DNA from: Phycisphaerae bacterium | Lineage (GTDB): Bacteria > Planctomycetota > Phycisphaerae > UBA1845 | DNA: 64,000 nt | NCBI GenBank assembly: GCA_963666835.2 | Contig: CAXXGO010000006.1 | Location: forward strand, 288,001-352,000 | Direction: 5' to 3' | Part shown: positions 59,751-64,000 of the stretch, piece by piece | Position numbering within the stretch: the first letter of the stretch is position 1 | Layout of the letters: every line of letters starts with the position of its first letter | Notes under the pieces: model-generated | What the model was told of the DNA's origin: nothing | Seen by the model: only the letters and a program-made list of their open reading frames with translations | The model's database searches: none | Program-made: the position numbers and the translations under genes

Positions 59751-61481
59751 ATGCTCACGCGACTTGTACTCCGCAACTTCAAGCGTTTTGACCATGCCGA
59801 GATCGAACTCGGCAGGTCAGTTGTGTTCATCGGCCAGAACAACTCCGGCAAGACAAGTGCCCTGCAAGCGCTCGCTCTGTGGGATGTGGGCCTTCGTCTC
59901 TGGAGCGAGAAGCGCGGGGTGAAAGGATCGCACGAGAAGCACCGCGGCGTTACGATCAACCGGCGCGATCTTATTGCAATCCCCACGCCGGCTACGAATC
60001 TGCTCTGGCGCGGTACGGACGTTCGCAAGTCGCAGATGGTCGACGGAAAGCAGCAACCGCGGAACATCCGGATCGACGTAACCGTTGAAGGAATCACGAA
60101 CGACAAACCATGGTCCTGCGGTCTGGAGTTTGATTACAGCAACGAAGAGTCGTTCGTTTGCCGCCCCCTTCGTCTGCCGGAGTACGAAGACGCCCTCGTC
60201 CGCAAGGCCCAGTTCTCGGAAATCCCAAATGAGGCGACGGCCCTGAAGATCGCCTACCTGCCTCCCATGTCGGGACTGGCTGACCGGGAGTTCATCAAGC
60301 AGCAGGGTGAGATAGGTTTCCTGATTGGGCAAGGGCAGACGGCCCAGATTCTTCGGAATCTTTGCCATCAGTTATTCCAGAAAGAGGACGCGGCGGCATG
60401 GTGGAACGTAACGGAACAGATTGAGTCGTTGTTTGGTGCAAGACTGCTCGATCCGGAGTATATCCCCGAGCGAAGCGAAATAGTCATGAGGTACGAAGAG
60501 GGAGGCGCTTGCCTCGATCTCTCTAGCGCTGGTCGCGGTTTGCAGCAGACGCTTCTCCTGCTCGCCTACCTGTACGCCAATCCAAACACCGTACTCTTGT
60601 TGGACGAGCCGGATGCTCACCTGGAGACCCTGCGACAGCGCGAGACCTTCAGACTGCTTTCTTCGATCTCCAACCGGCAGAACTCGCAGATCATCTCGGC
60701 CAGCCATTCCGAGGTGGTGCTCAATGAAGCAGCGGGTAGCGGCAAGGTCGTTGCCTTCGTCGGGAAACCTCACGTGCTGAACGACAAAGGCAGTCAAGTT
60801 CTCAAAGCCCTCAATAGCATCGGATGGGACCAATACTTCCAGGCCGAAGCAACCGGGTGGGTGTTGTACCTCGAAGGGTCGAGCGATCTCGCGGTTCTGC
60901 AGGCGTTTGCCGAAACCCTCGAGCACCCGGCCGCGTCGCATCTGGTGAGGCCCTTCGTACACTATGTGTCGACGAATCTCCCACAGAAGGCTCGCGACCA
61001 CTTCTTCGGCCTCCGAGAGGCGTTGCCCGATCTAAACGGCATCGCCATCTTCGATCGTCTGGATAAGAACCTCGATGCGAGCAGCGACTTGACAGAACTT
61101 ATGTGGAGTCGTCGTGAGATCGAGAACTACTTCTGCACTGAGGAGGTGTTACTCTCCTGGGTGCGGCACGATCAGCCGGACGACCTCTTCGGCCAAGAGG
61201 AGTCCAGGAAGCGCGAATCATTGATGTATGAAGCCATCGACGAGGTAACGCACCTGCTCGAAATCGATGATCAGAATCCGTGGTCGCATGACGTGAAGGC
61301 AACGGATGACGTGCTCGACCGCGTGTTTCGCGTGTTCTTCAAGAAGCTGAAACTCCCTCTCACATTCCGAAAGTCGGATTACCATGTCTTAGCAAAACTC
61401 GCTCCCAGAGAAGACATCGATCCCGATATAACCGAGAAGCTGAATGCCATTGTCGAGGTAGCCGAGAGGGCGCGGGCGTAA
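59751..61481 (+). CDS. ABC-type ATPase with C-terminal TOPRIM-like domain (OLD-family-like)
   Basis: LRNFKRF, GQNNSGKT Walker A, AGRGLQ signature, LLLDEPDAHL, SHS; YLEGSSD and IFDRLD. Confidence 0.8.
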   Translation: MLTRLVLRNFKRFDHAEIELGRSVVFIGQNNSGKTSALQALALWDVGLRLWSEKRGVKGSHEKHRGVTINRRDLIAIPTPATNLLWRGTDVRKSQMVDGKQQPRNIRIDVTVEGITNDKPWSCGLEFDYSNEESFVCRPLRLPEYEDALVRKAQFSEIPNEATALKIAYLPPMSGLADREFIKQQGEIGFLIGQGQTAQILRNLCHQLFQKEDAAAWWNVTEQIESLFGARLLDPEYIPERSEIVMRYEEGGACLDLSSAGRGLQQTLLLLAYLYANPNTVLLLDEPDAHLETLRQRETFRLLSSISNRQNSQIISASHSEVVLNEAAGSGKVVAFVGKPHVLNDKGSQVLKALNSIGWDQYFQAEATGWVLYLEGSSDLAVLQAFAETLEHPAASHLVRPFVHYVSTNLPQKARDHFFGLREALPDLNGIAIFDRLDKNLDASSDLTELMWSRREIENYFCTEEVLLSWVRHDQPDDLFGQEESRKRESLMYEAIDEVTHLLEIDDQNPWSHDVKATDDVLDRVFRVFFKKLKLPLTFRKSDYHVLAKLAPREDIDPDITEKLNAIVEVAERARA

Positions 61482-61510
61482 TGGAGTAACCGGTGCGCTC
61501 GCCAGTGTAC

Positions 61511-61595
61511 TCCTGGGACGAAGGCGTCAGCGTGCCGCTGCGTCCGGACGATCCGGCCTGATTGGAGAAGCACTGCTCAAGAGCAGTGGCACACG
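61511..61595 (+). pseudogene. Relic 3' end of a second RAYT plus a REP-A copy
   Basis: Encodes SWDEGVSVPLRPDDPA* versus RAYT FWDGSSNVRLQMDDPF*; 61558-61595 is identical to 58199-58236. Confidence 0.7.
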
Positions 61596-61667
61596 GCGGG
61601 CGGGCGCCAATCGATAGGCAGACCTTCCCCGCGGGGTGGGTCGACTCTAGCGAAACTTATCGGGCGG

Positions 61668-61916
61668 TTAGTTCCCCTGGTAGGGGATCAGGGCCATGAA
61701 GCGAGCGCGCTTGAGCGCTTCTTTCAGGGCTTTCTGCTCTTGGGCGTTGGTGCCGGCCCGGCGGCGCGACATCAGCTTGCTGCTCGGCGTAAGGAACTTG
61801 CGCAGCAATTCGATTTCCTTGTAGTCGACAATACTGCCGACCCAACCCCTATTGCCGCGGTCAGGAAAACGACGACTGGTGTGATATGACGTGGTGGTCT
61901 TCCGCTCTCTCTGCAC
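61668..61916 (-). CDS. rpsR: 30S ribosomal protein bS18 (no Zn-binding cysteines)
   Basis: VDYKEIELLRKFLTPSSKLMSRRRAG..Q..L..ALKRARFMALIPY. Confidence 0.92.
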   Translation of the reverse strand: MQRERKTTTSYHTSRRFPDRGNRGWVGSIVDYKEIELLRKFLTPSSKLMSRRRAGTNAQEQKALKEALKRARFMALIPYQGN

Positions 61917-61964
61917 GATGCTGTTCCTCTGTTTTGCCTTCTTCCGCCGTTCAACTAAGCGGTT

Positions 61965-62177
61965 CTACTGCTGCAAGCCGGACACTATCCGGTCGAACTC
62001 TTCCAGGTCGACTACTTCCGATTCATCCACGAGCATGATCGGCAGGCCGTCGCGAATCGGATAACGGCGACGAGTCTCTCGGTCAGTCGAATACAACCAG
62101 TCGTCCACCCGCACGAGCGGAGCGTGGGCAACGGGACAAACCAGATACTCGAACACACTTCCGCTGTCGCTGGCCAC
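61965..62177 (-). CDS. Trm112 family protein
   Basis: LVCPV..PL..RRYPIRDGLPIMLVDE. Confidence 0.88.
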   Translation of the reverse strand: MASDSGSVFEYLVCPVAHAPLVRVDDWLYSTDRETRRRYPIRDGLPIMLVDESEVVDLEEFDRIVSGLQQ

Positions 62178-62388
62178 CAGCCGATTCTTCCCTTGGCACC
62201 GACCGTCGGCGGCATCCGCCGCAGAACGACACGAGCCCCATATTCTATTGAATGCCGACCCGGACGCAAGCCGCCGCAGGCCCGTTTATACGCGGCCAAC
62301 ATTCTCCCAGCACGAACCCGGCGAGTCGGTCCGATAGTCTCATCTTGACCCCCGATATCGCTGATCCTATCGTGAACGCTCAGCTTGG

Positions 62389-63440
62389 GTGAACCGGAAG
62401 AGAAGCACAATTCGATTCGGGGTCCGCACAACTCTGTCCACCAAGGCGGGGGACGTGCAAGTCTTTAAACTGGAAGGACTTACGGGATCAGGGTTTGGAC
62501 CGATCGACCGCTTGCCCTTCAGCATCAGAGTGTTGATGGAGTGCGTCTGGCGTAACGTGGACGGGCACGCCGTTACCGAAAACGACGTGGCCACCGTGGC
62601 CCGTTGGGCAGCAGGAAGCCGGGCTGCCTCCCGAGAGGTGCCCTTCCTCCCCGCACGAGTGATTCTCCAGGATTTCACAGGAGTGCCGGCCGTGGTCGAC
62701 CTGGCCGCCATGCGGGATGCGTTACCGAAGCTCGGTGGAGACCCCCGCAAGATCAATCCCCTGATACCGGTGGATCTGGTCGTCGATCACTCGATTCAGG
62801 TCGACGCATTCGGATCTCCGGAAGCGATGGAGATTAACACCGCTCGCGAGTTCGAACGGAATCGGGAGCGCTACCAGTTCCTGCGGTGGGGCCAACAGGC
62901 GTTTGACGGCCTCCGTGTCGTCCCGCCGGCCACGGGGATCATCCACCAGGTCAATCTGGAGCACCTGGCCTCGGTCGTTTCGACCCGGACCATCGATGGC
63001 GTCACCGAGGCGTTTCCGGACAGCGTGGTCGGCACGGACAGCCACACGGTGATGATCAACGGGCTCGGCGTAGTCGGCTGGGGCGTGGGCGGGATCGAAG
63101 CGGAGGCGGTAATGCTCGGCCAGCCGATTACGATGCTCTTGCCGGACGTGGTCGGGTTCCACCTGTCCGGCAGGCTGCCGGACGACGTCACCGCCACCGA
63201 TCTTGTGCTGACGGTTAACCGGACCGCTCAACCGCCTCGGCTTCCACAATGCGGGGTATGGTTGCGCAACGTGCATCGGCAATAGCGGCCCCCCTGCCCG
63301 AGATGGTGGCCTAGGCCGTCGAGAGCGGCGAGTTAGTAGCTGCGGCCGTGCTGAGCGGCAACCGTAACTTCGAGGGTCGCGTGCATGCGCAAGTTAAGGC
63401 CAACTATCTGGCATCTCCGCCGTTGGTGGTGGCTTATGCC
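62389..63440 (+). pseudogene. acnA: Aconitate hydratase A pseudogene
   Basis: [23 protein letters not shown] intact up to 63216. Then a large internal deletion with frameshift, [13 protein letters not shown], a +1 C near 63290, an in-frame TAG at 63312, [21 protein letters not shown], and truncation at REP-B (63441). Confidence 0.9.
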
Positions 63441-63975
63441 GGGTGCCATGGTCCACGCTTGCGTGGCCATGAAGCAAGTAATCGCATGAAAGGCTGTCTC
63501 CCGCCGGACGATAGGGTCCGTTCCGCGGACCAATTTGCCTGATGATTGCAGGTGTCGCTATGAGCTCGTAGGGCATGGTCGAGGAACGAGACCTGCCGCG
63601 ATGGTGCGTGTCATGCAAAGGCCTGCTCAAGAGCAGCGATACACCCGCCGGCCTCAAGCCCCTTGGGGCGACAGGTCTTGTAGCCCCATGGCGTAAGCCT
63701 GGGGAAACTGTGCGGCTACTTGACGCCAAGCCCCTTGGGGCGGCACAAGACATCGAGGTTTGGATCGGACGCCGGTGATTCAACATCATAAGGGGAATAC
63801 GTTGGCGCCGGCCGGGACCTCTTCGAATGCCGAAGTGCCGCCCCGGGGCGGGGCTGGGGTTGACGTACGACGCGATCCCGCGGCTCACGCCGCGGGCTGG
63901 GCAGAGCTGTCGCCCTGACGGGCTGGTTCCGCGAGGCACACAAGTGGCGCATGTTCGAGGAACGAGACTTGCCGT
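63441..63975. repeat. Mixed REP cluster (families B, C, degenerate A) and an inverted copy of the ~280-bp element at 9825-10105
   Basis: Direct sequence matches to the repeats at 37406, 16299, 58212 and 9825-10105. Confidence 0.85.
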
Positions 63976-64000
63976 GGTCTTCGCGCGATGTGCACCATCG

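Overview
GC-rich bacterial chromosomal segment, probably Planctomycetota (Phycisphaerae-like). This is inferred from a nusA-infB-rbfA operon lacking rimP, a GH10-like protein without catalytic residues, a CxxC-YDLRGN-CPECG tail and the style of the palindromic repeats. The backbone is housekeeping: nusA, infB, rbfA, yebC, purC, lpxB, metK, queC, clpS, rpsR, an RND pump, and a hybrid kinase with two REC-CpaE proteins. Accessory elements interrupt it: (1) a complete group II intron inserted in a duplicated comEA 3' tail; (2) a RAYT transposase plus at least three REP-like families, two of which bracket toxin/defence-like cassettes as direct repeats (a TIGR04255-like three-gene module and a Fic + OLD-like ATPase pair); (3) a candidate ribosome-dependent attenuator (palindromic operator, 29-aa leader peptide, terminator/antiterminator) ahead of a non-canonical tRNA-Ala(CGC), putative structured RNAs, a Cys-rich protein and an ADP-ribosylglycohydrolase; (4) a GIY-YIG/YcaQ-like fusion; (5) an aconitase pseudogene. 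All family assignments come from motifs recognised by eye, with no database searches.
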